Of a stretch of DNA of 46,210 nucleotides, positions 8,299 through 17,289 are shown piece by piece; position 1 is the first letter of the stretch, and each line of letters starts with the position of its first letter. Position numbers and translations under genes: made by a program. The DNA is from Patescibacteria group bacterium (GTDB lineage: Bacteria > Patescibacteriota > Patescibacteriia > Patescibacteriales > VMTK01), in NCBI GenBank assembly GCA_018896595.1, contig JAHIME010000023.1:1-46210 (forward strand), read 5' to 3'. The notes under the pieces are model-generated. The model was not told the origin of the DNA. It worked only from the letters and a program-made list of their open reading frames with translations, and did no database searches.

Positions 8299-9795
8299 AT
8301 GAAAATTCCGGAATATGTAAAAAATATAATAGAAAAGCTGGAACAAGCCGGTTTTGAGGCCTATATCGTGGGCGGATGCGTGCGCGATTTGCTGTCCGAA
8401 AGAGAGCCAAAGGATTGGGATGTTACCACCAATGCCAAGCCGGAGGAAATATTAGCGGTTTTCCCGGAAGGAAAATATGAAAATGCCTTTGGCACGGTGT
8501 TGGTTCCTGCGGAACAAAAAACAAAATTAGATAAAATAATGGTTGAAGTGACGACTTATCGCAGTGAACAGGATTATAGCGACAGGAGGCGGCCGGATCA
8601 AGTGATATTTGAAGACGAATTGGACAAAGATTTGGAAAGAAGGGACTTTACGGTTAATGCGATGGCTATTGAAATAAATTCTAAATCCGAAATCCTAAAT
8701 TCTAAACAAATTCAAAATTCAAAATTCAAAATTCAAAATTGGAGAATTATCGATCTATTCGGCGGGCAAAAGGATTTGAAGAAAAAAATAATCAGGGCGG
8801 TGGGTGAGCCGACAGACAGGTTTAAAGAAGACGCTTTGCGCATGATGCGGGCGATACGTTTGGCTTCTGAATTGAATTTTGAAATTGAGCCGAAAACTTC
8901 GCGCGCCGTAACTAAAATGGCGGGCGGCATAAAATTCATCGCCAATGAAAGGATTAAAGATGAGCTGATTAAAATATTGCAATCGGATAAGCCGTATGGC
9001 GGCATAATGCTTCTGCATGAAACAAAGCTTCTGCAATATATTTTGCCGGAATTGGAAAGGGGAGTGGGAGTTGAACAGAATCGCCATCATATTCATACCG
9101 TCTTTGTCCATTCCGTGCTGTCGTTAAAGAATTGTCCGAGTAAGGATTGGCGGGTGCGATTTGCCGCCTTGCTCCATGATATTGCCAAACCGCAGACCAA
9201 GAAGTTTATCGGCGAAGACGCGACTTTTTATAATCACGACATAGTGGGCGCTAAGGTCGCGGGGAAAATTATGCGGCGGCTTAAGTTTTCCAACGAAGAT
9301 GTTGAAAAAACAACGACTTTAATCCGCAACCATATGTTTTATTACAATGTCGGCGAGGTAACGGAATCATCGGTGCGCCGCTTAGTCCGCAAGGTGGGCG
9401 AGGAGAATTTAAAGGATTTGATTGATTTGCGCATAGCCGACCGCTTAGGTTCGGGCGTGCCCAAAGCCAAGCCCTATAAATTAAGGCATTTGGAATATAT
9501 GATGGAAAAAACGCGCCATGACGCGGTTTCGGTTAAAATGCTGAAAATCAACGGCGACGATTTAATAAAAAATTTAAAGATTGAGCCCGGCCCCAAAATC
9601 GGCGCGATATTGGACGTATTGCTTTCCGAGGCGATTGAAGATTCAGGTTTAAATAATAAAAAATATTTGGAAAAGCGAAGCGAGGAATTGAATAAAATGG
9701 ATTTAGCCGAGTTGCGCGAAAAAGCGAAGGGAAAAATTGAGGAAAAGAAAATGGAAGATGATATGGAGCTGAAGAAAGAGTTTTGGGTAAAATAA
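8299..9795 (+). CDS. cca: CCA-adding enzyme / tRNA nucleotidyltransferase with HD domain
   Basis: GGCVRDLL and RDFTVNAM motifs, HD region (LLHDIAKP). The ATG at 8299 is preferred over the TTG at 8284. Confidence 0.85.
   Translation: MKIPEYVKNIIEKLEQAGFEAYIVGGCVRDLLSEREPKDWDVTTNAKPEEILAVFPEGKYENAFGTVLVPAEQKTKLDKIMVEVTTYRSEQDYSDRRRPDQVIFEDELDKDLERRDFTVNAMAIEINSKSEILNSKQIQNSKFKIQNWRIIDLFGGQKDLKKKIIRAVGEPTDRFKEDALRMMRAIRLASELNFEIEPKTSRAVTKMAGGIKFIANERIKDELIKILQSDKPYGGIMLLHETKLLQYILPELERGVGVEQNRHHIHTVFVHSVLSLKNCPSKDWRVRFAALLHDIAKPQTKKFIGEDATFYNHDIVGAKVAGKIMRRLKFSNEDVEKTTTLIRNHMFYYNVGEVTESSVRRLVRKVGEENLKDLIDLRIADRLGSGVPKAKPYKLRHLEYMMEKTRHDAVSVKMLKINGDDLIKNLKIEPGPKIGAILDVLLSEAIEDSGLNNKKYLEKRSEELNKMDLAELREKAKGKIEEKKMEDDMELKKEFWVK
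8676..8738. repeat. nine tandem heptamers inserted in frame in cca
   Basis: The units are aaattct, aaatccg, aaatcct, aaattct, aaacaaa and ttcaaaa x4. That is 63 nt, or 21 aa (NSKSEILNSKQIQNSKFKIQN). Confidence 0.75.
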
Positions 9796-9798
9796 TAC

Positions 9799-9869
9799 GG
9801 GGATATAGTAAAATGGTATTACGTGGCATTCGCATTGCCAAGGTCCGGGTTCGACTCCCGGTATCTCCA
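9799..9869 (+). tRNA. tRNA-Ala (anticodon CGC)
   Basis: Hand-folded cloverleaf. Acceptor stem GGGGATA/TATCTCC with a G3:U70 pair, anticodon loop TTCGCAT, T arm CCGGG-TTCGACT-CCCGG. Confidence 0.85.
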
Positions 9870-9892
9870 CCGGATAATTTAATTTAAATTTT

Positions 9893-9966
9893 CGGGGTGT
9901 GGCCTAGTGGCTTAGGGCGCAGTGTTCGGGACGCTGAGGTCGGAGGTTCAAATCCTCTCACCCCGA
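9893..9966 (+). tRNA. tRNA-Pro (anticodon CGG)
   Basis: Acceptor stem CGGGGTG/CACCCCG, anticodon stem CAGTG/CGCTG with loop TTCGGGA, T loop TTCAAAT. Confidence 0.85.
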
Positions 9967-9989
9967 CTATTATTAAAATTTAAATTTTT

Positions 9990-11309
9990 ATGGAAAAAAT
10001 TATGACAAACATAAAATCAGATTCATTCAACTTTAATAACCTGGGGATTGCGCCAAAGATTCTTGATATTCTGCAAGAATGGGGCTTTAATCAGCCGACG
10101 CCAATCCAGTCCAAATCAATTCCCAGCGCCATTAAGGGCAATGACCTTGTCGGCATCGCCCAAACCGGAACCGGCAAGACCTTGGCTTACGGCATTCCGA
10201 TGATTCAGCGCTTGGGCCAAATCGGCGGCCGCGGCTTGGTGCTTTTGCCGACGCGCGAACTTGCCAGCCAGATTAACATGAGCTTGAAAAATATCAGCGC
10301 CAGGCTTGGTTTGCGGACCGCGGTATTGATCGGCGGCGAACCGAAAAATATCCAGTTAAGGATTCTCCGGCAAAAACCGCATATTATCATCGCCACCCCC
10401 GGACGGTTGATTGACCACATTAAGAGCCGTTCAATCAACCTTAGCGATATCAAAATCTTGGTTTTAGACGAAGCCGATATGATGTTTGACATCGGCTTCG
10501 CGCCGCAGATTGATGAAATTTTAAAATCGGTTCCGGCCCAAAGGCAGACGATGCTGTTTTCGGCGACGATGCCGCCGGCCATCATGGCGTTAGTGGCGAA
10601 GCATATGAGGTTTCCGGTCAATATTGAAGTGGCGCCATCAGGCACTCCGGCGGAAAATGTAAATCATGAGATGATTGTTATAAAGAAGGAAGATCGTCTT
10701 GCCCAATTGGGAAAAATATTGGCGTCATACCACGGCTCCATTTTAGTTTTTTGTCGCACCAAGCATGCCGTAAAAAAAATAACGGTAAGCGTCAGGCAGA
10801 TGGGCCATACCGCCGCCGAGATTCACTCCAACCGCTCGCTTAGCCAGCGCAGCAGCGCCTTGAAAGCTTTTAAAAACGGCCAAGTAAGGATATTGGTCGC
10901 CACCGACATTGCCGCCCGCGGCCTTGATGTCAAGGGCATTGAGCTGGTTTTAAACTTTGATTTGCCGGAAAACGCCGAGGATTACGTCCATCGGATCGGC
11001 CGAACCGGACGCGCCGGCAGCGCGGGCCAAGCCGTAAGCTTCGTGTCTCCGACCGAGATGCGCGCGGTGGAAAAAATTGAGCATATTATCAAGAAAACAA
11101 TTCCATTAACCAAACTGGCGGAACCCGAATACGGCTTTCGCGGCCCAACGCGGCGCGGCCGAAATAAAAGTTCTTTCGGCCGTTATGCCGGAAGAAGCCG
11201 TGGTTTAGCGCGCGGCTCCGGCCGCGGCAGTTGGGATAAAAAAGGACAAAGCCGAAAGTTCGCGGGAGACAGGAAATTCAGCGCGAAGAGCAGCCAAAAA
11301 AGCCATTAA
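9990..11309 (+). CDS. DEAD-box ATP-dependent RNA helicase with an RG-rich tail
   Basis: Motifs AQTGTGKT, DEAD, SAT and HRIGRTGRAG. Confidence 0.9.
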   Translation: MEKIMTNIKSDSFNFNNLGIAPKILDILQEWGFNQPTPIQSKSIPSAIKGNDLVGIAQTGTGKTLAYGIPMIQRLGQIGGRGLVLLPTRELASQINMSLKNISARLGLRTAVLIGGEPKNIQLRILRQKPHIIIATPGRLIDHIKSRSINLSDIKILVLDEADMMFDIGFAPQIDEILKSVPAQRQTMLFSATMPPAIMALVAKHMRFPVNIEVAPSGTPAENVNHEMIVIKKEDRLAQLGKILASYHGSILVFCRTKHAVKKITVSVRQMGHTAAEIHSNRSLSQRSSALKAFKNGQVRILVATDIAARGLDVKGIELVLNFDLPENAEDYVHRIGRTGRAGSAGQAVSFVSPTEMRAVEKIEHIIKKTIPLTKLAEPEYGFRGPTRRGRNKSSFGRYAGRSRGLARGSGRGSWDKKGQSRKFAGDRKFSAKSSQKSH

Positions 11310-11316
11310 AAACAAA

Positions 11317-11496
11317 GCCGCGTCGGTTATATTCGTACACAACCACCCTTCCGGCGATCCCGAACCGTCAGAAGACGATCTGGCAATTACAAAAAGATTG
11401 GTAGAGACCGGCAAGATTTTGGGGATTGAAATTATTGACCACATTATTGTCGTTAAAAATGGATTTTTAAGTTTCAAAGAGAGGGGATTGGTGTAG
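11317..11496 (+). pseudogene. radC: radC (JAB/MPN domain) C-terminal remnant with no start codon
   Basis: Translates to AASVILVHNHPSGDPEPSEDDLAITKRLVETGKILGIEIIDHIIVVKNGFLSFKERGLV*, which carries the JAMM motif HNHPSG. It is absent from the ORF track because no start codon gives an ORF of 60 aa or more. Confidence 0.7.
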
Positions 11497-11553
11497 TTTG
11501 ACTTTGATTGCTGTGTACGCTATAATGTACATATAATAACATAATCAAAAACT

Positions 11554-11913
11554 ATGAATATTAAAACAACAATTTCAATAACAGAAGCCCGCAAACGTAT
11601 TTTTGATATCGCCGAGGAAGTGCAGATACCGAACAGAGTTTATACTTTAACTTCCGGCGGCAAGCCAAAAGCGGTGATTATGTCCGCCGAAGAATATGAG
11701 TCAATGGTTGAAACCATAGAGGTGGAGAAAATTTTTCCCGATTTGGACAAAGATATTAAAGAAACGAAAAGAGCCTTTAAGACCGGCGAATACAAAAAAT
11801 GGCCGACACTCGGCGATCTTAAAAAAGATTGGGGATTTGCCGCGGCTGAAAAACCAAAGAAAAAATATGGCATTCGTTCTGGAAATAAAACCAAAGGCAA
11901 GAAAAGATCTTGA
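11554..11913 (+). CDS. Phd/YefM-family antitoxin
   Basis: N-terminal pattern ISITEARKRIFDIAEEV...PKAVIMSAEEYESMVETIEV. Overlaps the downstream RelE-like ORF. Confidence 0.75.
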   Translation: MNIKTTISITEARKRIFDIAEEVQIPNRVYTLTSGGKPKAVIMSAEEYESMVETIEVEKIFPDLDKDIKETKRAFKTGEYKKWPTLGDLKKDWGFAAAEKPKKKYGIRSGNKTKGKKRS

Positions 11914-12118
11914 TAAAATTCCGGAAAATTATCGCGCGCGGATAATAGCGGCGCTGGACGAGATTGTTCGGGATCCTTTTTCCGGCAAGAAATTATCCGG
12001 AAAGAAAAAGGGATTATTTTCTTTCCGAGTCTGGCCATACCGGATTATTTACGCGATTCTTGGGAAAGAATTGGTTGTTTTAGTCATCAGCATCGGCCAT
12101 CGGCAAGGGGTTTATTAA
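11867..12118 (+). CDS. RelE/ParE-family toxin
   Basis: Pattern KARKDLDKIP...GKKLSG...FRVWPYRIIYAI...VLVISIGHRQGVY. The ATG at 11867 is preferred over the TTG at 11837. Confidence 0.8.
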   Translation: MAFVLEIKPKARKDLDKIPENYRARIIAALDEIVRDPFSGKKLSGKKKGLFSFRVWPYRIIYAILGKELVVLVISIGHRQGVY

Positions 12119-12181
12119 TAAAGATTAAGGAAAGGTGATTTGATAAAATAAAAATCAGTATTTAAATCAGTATATTAAAAT

Positions 12182-13291
12182 ATGGAAAAAAATAAATATA
12201 AAATTGTTTTTAACGCAAACAATTTATTTTGCAAAGAAGAAAACAATCTAAAAAAAGTTTTTAACTCTAATATTAAAGAGATTTTCAATTTTTTAAAGTT
12301 AAATAAAGTTATTAGTGTTTCTCTTTGTGTCCCACAACTGGTTTTTGACGAGAGAATATCTCAAAGACTAAAACAAATCAGAACGCAACATGAAAATTTT
12401 AACAAAGCTTTAGTAAATTTAAAAGTATTTGAAAGTGTTAAGACAAAGGAAAAAAAATTTAAAAAAGAAAAATACCAAAAGATATTAAATGAAGATGCCT
12501 TAGGGGTTATAAAAAAATATAAAGTTAAAATAATTTCAACGGCCAAAATTGAGCAAGAAGTAGTTACGGAGAGAGCTTTAAAAAAAGTAGCTCCGTTTTA
12601 CGGGGGTGAAGGAGATAATGGCTTTAAAGATACATTAATGTGGCTATCCTTACTTAAGGACGCGAAGAAAAACAAAAAACATAATTATATATTACTTACC
12701 GATGACAGGACTGGATTCAAACAAAAGATTTGCGAGGAAGAATTTAAAGAATATTCATCTGCCGACTTTTTAATTATAAGAAATTTAGCTGATTTAAAAA
12801 AGTTTTTAGATGAAAAATTAAATTTAGATCTTGAGTTAAAAAAACTTTATCAGGGCGTTGAGCAAAATGTACTTGCTATGGGAGGCACTATAACAGTTAA
12901 AGTTGGTAATTATTTGAATACAAAAACAGATAGTTTGACTTGGCCGCTTCAAAGTTCATTATCAGTTTATGGAGATGTTGAAAGTAAAAAGGAAAACGGC
13001 AATTTTGATTTTCATTCCTTGGAAATTGAAAATATTTCTCAGATAAACGAAAACGAATTTGATATTAGCGCAAATCTTAAAGTTATAACAAAAGAACTTA
13101 ATAATGAATCTTGTCCTTGGCACCGTGATTATGTGGTAATGTCTTTTAATTATAGAGATGATAGAAAAATAGTTAAATATAATATAAATTTTAAATATAA
13201 CAAAAATTTTAATATAATAGAATTGTTATCTGCTACAAAGAATATGCACTATACGCCATATCAATATTATGAGGATATTATAAAAGATTAA
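12182..13291 (+). CDS. hypothetical protein, possibly with an N-terminal PIN-like (DUF4935-type) domain
   Basis: Long, very AT-rich ORF. The segment PFYGGEGDNGFKDTLMWLSLL...ILLTDD resembles PIN-like abortive-infection-type proteins. The domain call is from memory only. Confidence 0.5.
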   Translation: MEKNKYKIVFNANNLFCKEENNLKKVFNSNIKEIFNFLKLNKVISVSLCVPQLVFDERISQRLKQIRTQHENFNKALVNLKVFESVKTKEKKFKKEKYQKILNEDALGVIKKYKVKIISTAKIEQEVVTERALKKVAPFYGGEGDNGFKDTLMWLSLLKDAKKNKKHNYILLTDDRTGFKQKICEEEFKEYSSADFLIIRNLADLKKFLDEKLNLDLELKKLYQGVEQNVLAMGGTITVKVGNYLNTKTDSLTWPLQSSLSVYGDVESKKENGNFDFHSLEIENISQINENEFDISANLKVITKELNNESCPWHRDYVVMSFNYRDDRKIVKYNINFKYNKNFNIIELLSATKNMHYTPYQYYEDIIKD

Positions 13292-13315
13292 AACGATTAT
13301 GCTAAAATTATAAGT

Positions 13316-15439
13316 ATGCAGCTATCTGATAATGAAAAACGGGATATTATAAAATATTTGAAAGCAAATAAGCCATTGCCGGAGAAATACCGGTTTTTGC
13401 TGTTTGACGGCAGTCGCGAGGTTGAGCTTTTATGGAATGGGAAAACCTACGAGGTGGAAACTGTGGTTTTGCCATTTCAGACGATTGAGCATATTGACGA
13501 ACCGCGGAGCGAGGAGAAAATAAATTTGCAGGGCTCGCTTTTTGATACAGGCGGCCGGCAGGTTAAGGGCTGGACCAACAAGCTTATCTGGGGCGACAAT
13601 AAACTGATTTTGTCGTCTCTTAAAAACGGTCCGCTCCGAAAACAGATTGAAGCCGAAGGCGGACTAAAACTCATTTATATTGATCCGCCTTTTGATGTTG
13701 GCGCGGATTTTTCAATGAATATTGAAATAGGCGAGGAGAGTTTTACAAAAAAGCCGTCGGTGATTGAAGAAATCGCTTACCGCGACACTTGGGGTAAAGG
13801 CGCGGATAGTTTTATTGCGATGATTTATGAAAGATTAAAACTCATGCACGGACTTTTGGCGGACGATGGCAGTATTTATGTGCATTGCGATTGGAGAGTC
13901 AATAGCCACATAAGGTTTATATTGGATGAAATTTTTGGAAGTGATAATTTTGTTTCTGAAATAATTTGGTATTACCAAAATGGTGGGGGGCGGTCGAAAT
14001 CGTCACTGAGCAGACAACACCAAACTATTCTTTGTTATAAAAAGGGTGAAAACTATTTATACAAAGAAAATGATATGAAAGTTTCCTATAAGGAGACTTC
14101 TATGTACTCAAAATATGGGATAACGAGTGAATCAGACAAAAAATATTATGCCTCAAGCGAAGGAAAAAACATGGATGATGTTTGGATTATTGATTTAATT
14201 AATCCATCAGCAAAAGAAAGAACTGGATATCCAACTCAAAAACCGTATCAACTAATTGAAAATATTATCAAGGCTTCGTCAAATGAGAATGATCTTGTTG
14301 CTGACTTTTTTTGCGGTTCCGGAACGACCTTGGCGGTGGCGGAAAAACTTGGTAGAAAATGGATTGGTTCTGATTTGGGCAGGTTTTCAATTCATACTAC
14401 GCGCAAAAGAATGATCGGCGTACAGAGAGAACTTAAAAAAGCCGGCAAGGATTTTCGGGCGTTTGAAATTTTGAACATCGGCAAATACGAACGGGAAAAA
14501 TTTTTGAATGTGAATGAAGATTTGCGGGAAGAAGAAAAAAGATTGCAAAGGGAAAATAAAGAAAAAGAATTTATTAAACTGATTCTCGCGGCTTACAAAG
14601 CCGAGCCGGTGGATTCGTTTAATTCGTTTGTAGGAAAAAAACGAGATAGATTGGTAGCAGTAGGCCAAATTGACACGCCGGTTACCAATGATTTTTTAGA
14701 AAAAATAATCAGCGAGTGCAAAGAAAAGAAAATCACCAAAGCCGATGTTTTGGGATTTGATTATGAAATGGGTATTAATTTCGAGCAGGCGAAAAAATTA
14801 GGCATTGATGCGCAGTTTAAAGTTATCCCGCGCGAGGTGTTTGACAAAAAAGCCGTGGAAAAAGGACAGGTGAAATTTTATGATGTCGCTTATATTGAAG
14901 TGAAGCCGATTATTCGCGGACGAGGAAATGTCAAAGAAGTGGCAATTGAATTGACTGATTTTTCTGTTTTTTATAATCAAGATAACACCGGTGAAGTGGA
15001 AGAAAAATTGCAATCCGGTGGAAATAAAATTATCATTGAAAATGGACAGGTGATCAAGATCAGTAAAGATAAAAATACTGATATTATTGAGCGAGAAGTT
15101 TTAACAAAAAAATGGACGGACTGGATTGATTATTGGTCGGTTGATTTTGATTTTGAAAGCAAAAAAGAAATTGTGAGAATCCCAAAAGAGCCATTGCGCC
15201 AGTCAAAAATAGACGGCTCGCAAGATCCAAAACAGTTAGAATTTGATAATTTTAAAGAAGTTTGGACCGGCAATTATATTTTTGAAAACGAATGGCAATC
15301 GTTCAGAACAAAAAAAGACCGGACGTTAGAGTTAACTTCGGCTTTTAAAGAAGTCCCCAAAGGCAAAATGAAAATTGCGGTCAAGGTGATTGATATTTTT
15401 GGAAACGACACGACGAAGGTGGTGGAGGTGAATATTTAG
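13316..15439 (+). CDS. mod: Type III-like (beta-class) DNA methyltransferase Mod
   Basis: Motif IV (LIYIDPPFDVG) comes before motif I (DFFCGSGTTLAVAEKLGRKWIGSD). The N-terminal LPEKYRFLLF is typical of Mod proteins. Confidence 0.85.
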   Translation: MQLSDNEKRDIIKYLKANKPLPEKYRFLLFDGSREVELLWNGKTYEVETVVLPFQTIEHIDEPRSEEKINLQGSLFDTGGRQVKGWTNKLIWGDNKLILSSLKNGPLRKQIEAEGGLKLIYIDPPFDVGADFSMNIEIGEESFTKKPSVIEEIAYRDTWGKGADSFIAMIYERLKLMHGLLADDGSIYVHCDWRVNSHIRFILDEIFGSDNFVSEIIWYYQNGGGRSKSSLSRQHQTILCYKKGENYLYKENDMKVSYKETSMYSKYGITSESDKKYYASSEGKNMDDVWIIDLINPSAKERTGYPTQKPYQLIENIIKASSNENDLVADFFCGSGTTLAVAEKLGRKWIGSDLGRFSIHTTRKRMIGVQRELKKAGKDFRAFEILNIGKYEREKFLNVNEDLREEEKRLQRENKEKEFIKLILAAYKAEPVDSFNSFVGKKRDRLVAVGQIDTPVTNDFLEKIISECKEKKITKADVLGFDYEMGINFEQAKKLGIDAQFKVIPREVFDKKAVEKGQVKFYDVAYIEVKPIIRGRGNVKEVAIELTDFSVFYNQDNTGEVEEKLQSGGNKIIIENGQVIKISKDKNTDIIEREVLTKKWTDWIDYWSVDFDFESKKEIVRIPKEPLRQSKIDGSQDPKQLEFDNFKEVWTGNYIFENEWQSFRTKKDRTLELTSAFKEVPKGKMKIAVKVIDIFGNDTTKVVEVNI

Positions 15440-15454
15440 CCTCAAATTTATATA

Positions 15455-16061
15455 TGAAAAATTTTGCAACTTTTTTAAATCATTGGCAAACATTGGCTGG
15501 GTCTATTACGGGACCTTTTTTGGCAGTGATTATAACAGTTTGGATTGCAGATTAGAAAGAGAGAAAAGAATTTTTAAGAAAAATAGAAATTACAATTACA
15601 AGGAGTTTGATAGATATACCGCGATAAAAGATATTAATAGTGTTGTTTCGCATTTTAAAAATGATTTTGAAGAACTTATTAGGCAAAATGAACAGCTAGT
15701 AATACTCCTTAGGATGAATCCTTCGCCGGATCCAGTAATACAAAAAAATGTATACGTAAAAAACTTGATAAATTTTCAGGAAGAAATGCTTAAAAAATAT
15801 GCTGATAAATCAATTTCGCAATGTGTTCAATTTATGACACAAATTAAGGTGTATAATAATCATTTGCGTGGCAAGGCGGGCATTTGGTTCCATTGGAAGC
15901 ATGAAGGAGTAAATTTTAGATTCTTCCATAGCAAAGATAAGCACAAGGCGTTTGCAAATAATTTAAAATCGTTAGATCGCATTGATAAGGAAATAGAACT
16001 TGAAGTTGAAAAATCAATCGCAGAGACCGGAAAAAGATCTAATGAGTTAGCGCAAGGATAA
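15455..16061 (+). pseudogene. disrupted ORF between mod and res (N-terminal TM segment, in-frame TAG, then a frame change)
   Basis: The ATG at 15455 gives MKNFATFLNHWQTLAGSITGPFLAVIITVWIAD then TAG. Protein-like sequence continues as KERKEFLRKIEITITRSLIDIP in the same frame, then as AIKDINSVVSHFKNDFEELIRQ... in the frame of track ORF 15483-16061. That ORF has only a TTG start. Confidence 0.4.
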
Positions 16062-16087
16062 TAATGATTTAAAAATTTTAAAATATT

Positions 16088-16300
16088 ATGCATAGAACAC
16101 AAGTCGCATCATCAAATATCCGCTCAATTGGCTACGATCCCGCATCGTCTATTTTAGAGGTGGAGTTTACTTCCGGCGACGTATATCAGTATTTCAATGT
16201 GCCGAAGCATTTGTATCAGCAATTTTTACACGCGTCATCGTACGGGCAGTTTTTAAACGATTATGTTAAATATAATTATCGTTATCAGAAAGTAAGTTGA
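16088..16300 (+). CDS. KTSC-domain protein
   Basis: 70 aa. The pattern SSNIRSIGYDPASSILEVEFTSGDVYQYFNVPKHLYQQFLHASSYGQF matches the KTSC domain. Confidence 0.75.
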   Translation: MHRTQVASSNIRSIGYDPASSILEVEFTSGDVYQYFNVPKHLYQQFLHASSYGQFLNDYVKYNYRYQKVS

Positions 16301-16305
16301 TTTTT

Positions 16306-17088
16306 ATGTTTACACCAAAGACAGAAAAAATTAAGCAGATCGCGGAGAATAAAAAAATGGTTGTAGAACAACTGGAAAGTGTCTTTAATGCTTCAACGCG
16401 GATTTATATTGATTATGCGAATGTTCGTCCGTGGAGTGAAAAGCTTGGATGGCACATTGACCTAAAACGTCTCAAGCAGTTTTTGGATTCTTTTGACACA
16501 ATTGAAGATAAAGCTATCAATTTCTATAATGGTTATTTGGCTGGCAATGCGCGATCCGAGAAAGAAAAAACGGAAGCAGAAAATCAAAAATATGTTGTTC
16601 GCAGTAAGCCGGTAAAGATACTTAGGTTTTCTATTAATGCTTCAAGTGTGCCGGAAGATTCGACGGCTCTCGTGAAGCAGTTTATTCGACGAGCATTACT
16701 TCGGAAATACGAGGTGGGCACGATTGAATATTTGAACCAGCGTTTTGTTGATATGAATAAAAAGGGAGAATATTTTATCGAAGATAGAAAATGTAATTTT
16801 GATGTAGAGATTGGCGTTGATATGCTTCTTGATTGCGAGCGAAACAGCGCAGAAACTTTTATATTATGGAGCGGAGATAGTGATTTTGCCGATCCGGTTG
16901 AAAAATTAATGAGCGCAGGCAAAAAAGTGGTTTTATTTGCAACTGCTGGACGAATCGCCAGAGAATTAAACGAACTCAAGACAAGCGGTCTAAAAATTTT
17001 CGACATTTCCGACATTAGAGATTTTATTTGTTGGTCAAGAGAATATAATAATGAGCGCACAAAGGACCCCATTGCTGGGGCCCCTTAG
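16306..17088 (+). CDS. NYN-domain (LabA/DUF88-like) predicted RNase
   Basis: Segments RIYIDYANV, DVEIGVDMLL and FILWSGDSDFADPVEKLMSAGKKVVLF. The ATG lies 6 nt after the KTSC stop. Confidence 0.8.
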   Translation: MFTPKTEKIKQIAENKKMVVEQLESVFNASTRIYIDYANVRPWSEKLGWHIDLKRLKQFLDSFDTIEDKAINFYNGYLAGNARSEKEKTEAENQKYVVRSKPVKILRFSINASSVPEDSTALVKQFIRRALLRKYEVGTIEYLNQRFVDMNKKGEYFIEDRKCNFDVEIGVDMLLDCERNSAETFILWSGDSDFADPVEKLMSAGKKVVLFATAGRIARELNELKTSGLKIFDISDIRDFICWSREYNNERTKDPIAGAP

Positions 17089-17289
17089 CTCTAAAATCAG
17101 TGATCTTACGATCAATTACATTATATACACAAAATTTAAAAAAAGCAAGAAAGAATAGGTTCTGGCAGGAGGGATGTTGGGAACTAATAGATAAATTAAA
17201 TTAGTAGAAAAAATCATTTTCTATTAGAAAATTGTTAGAAATTTGGCTAAAAATAGAGATGCGAATAATTAGTAAAATCTAATAGTTTT

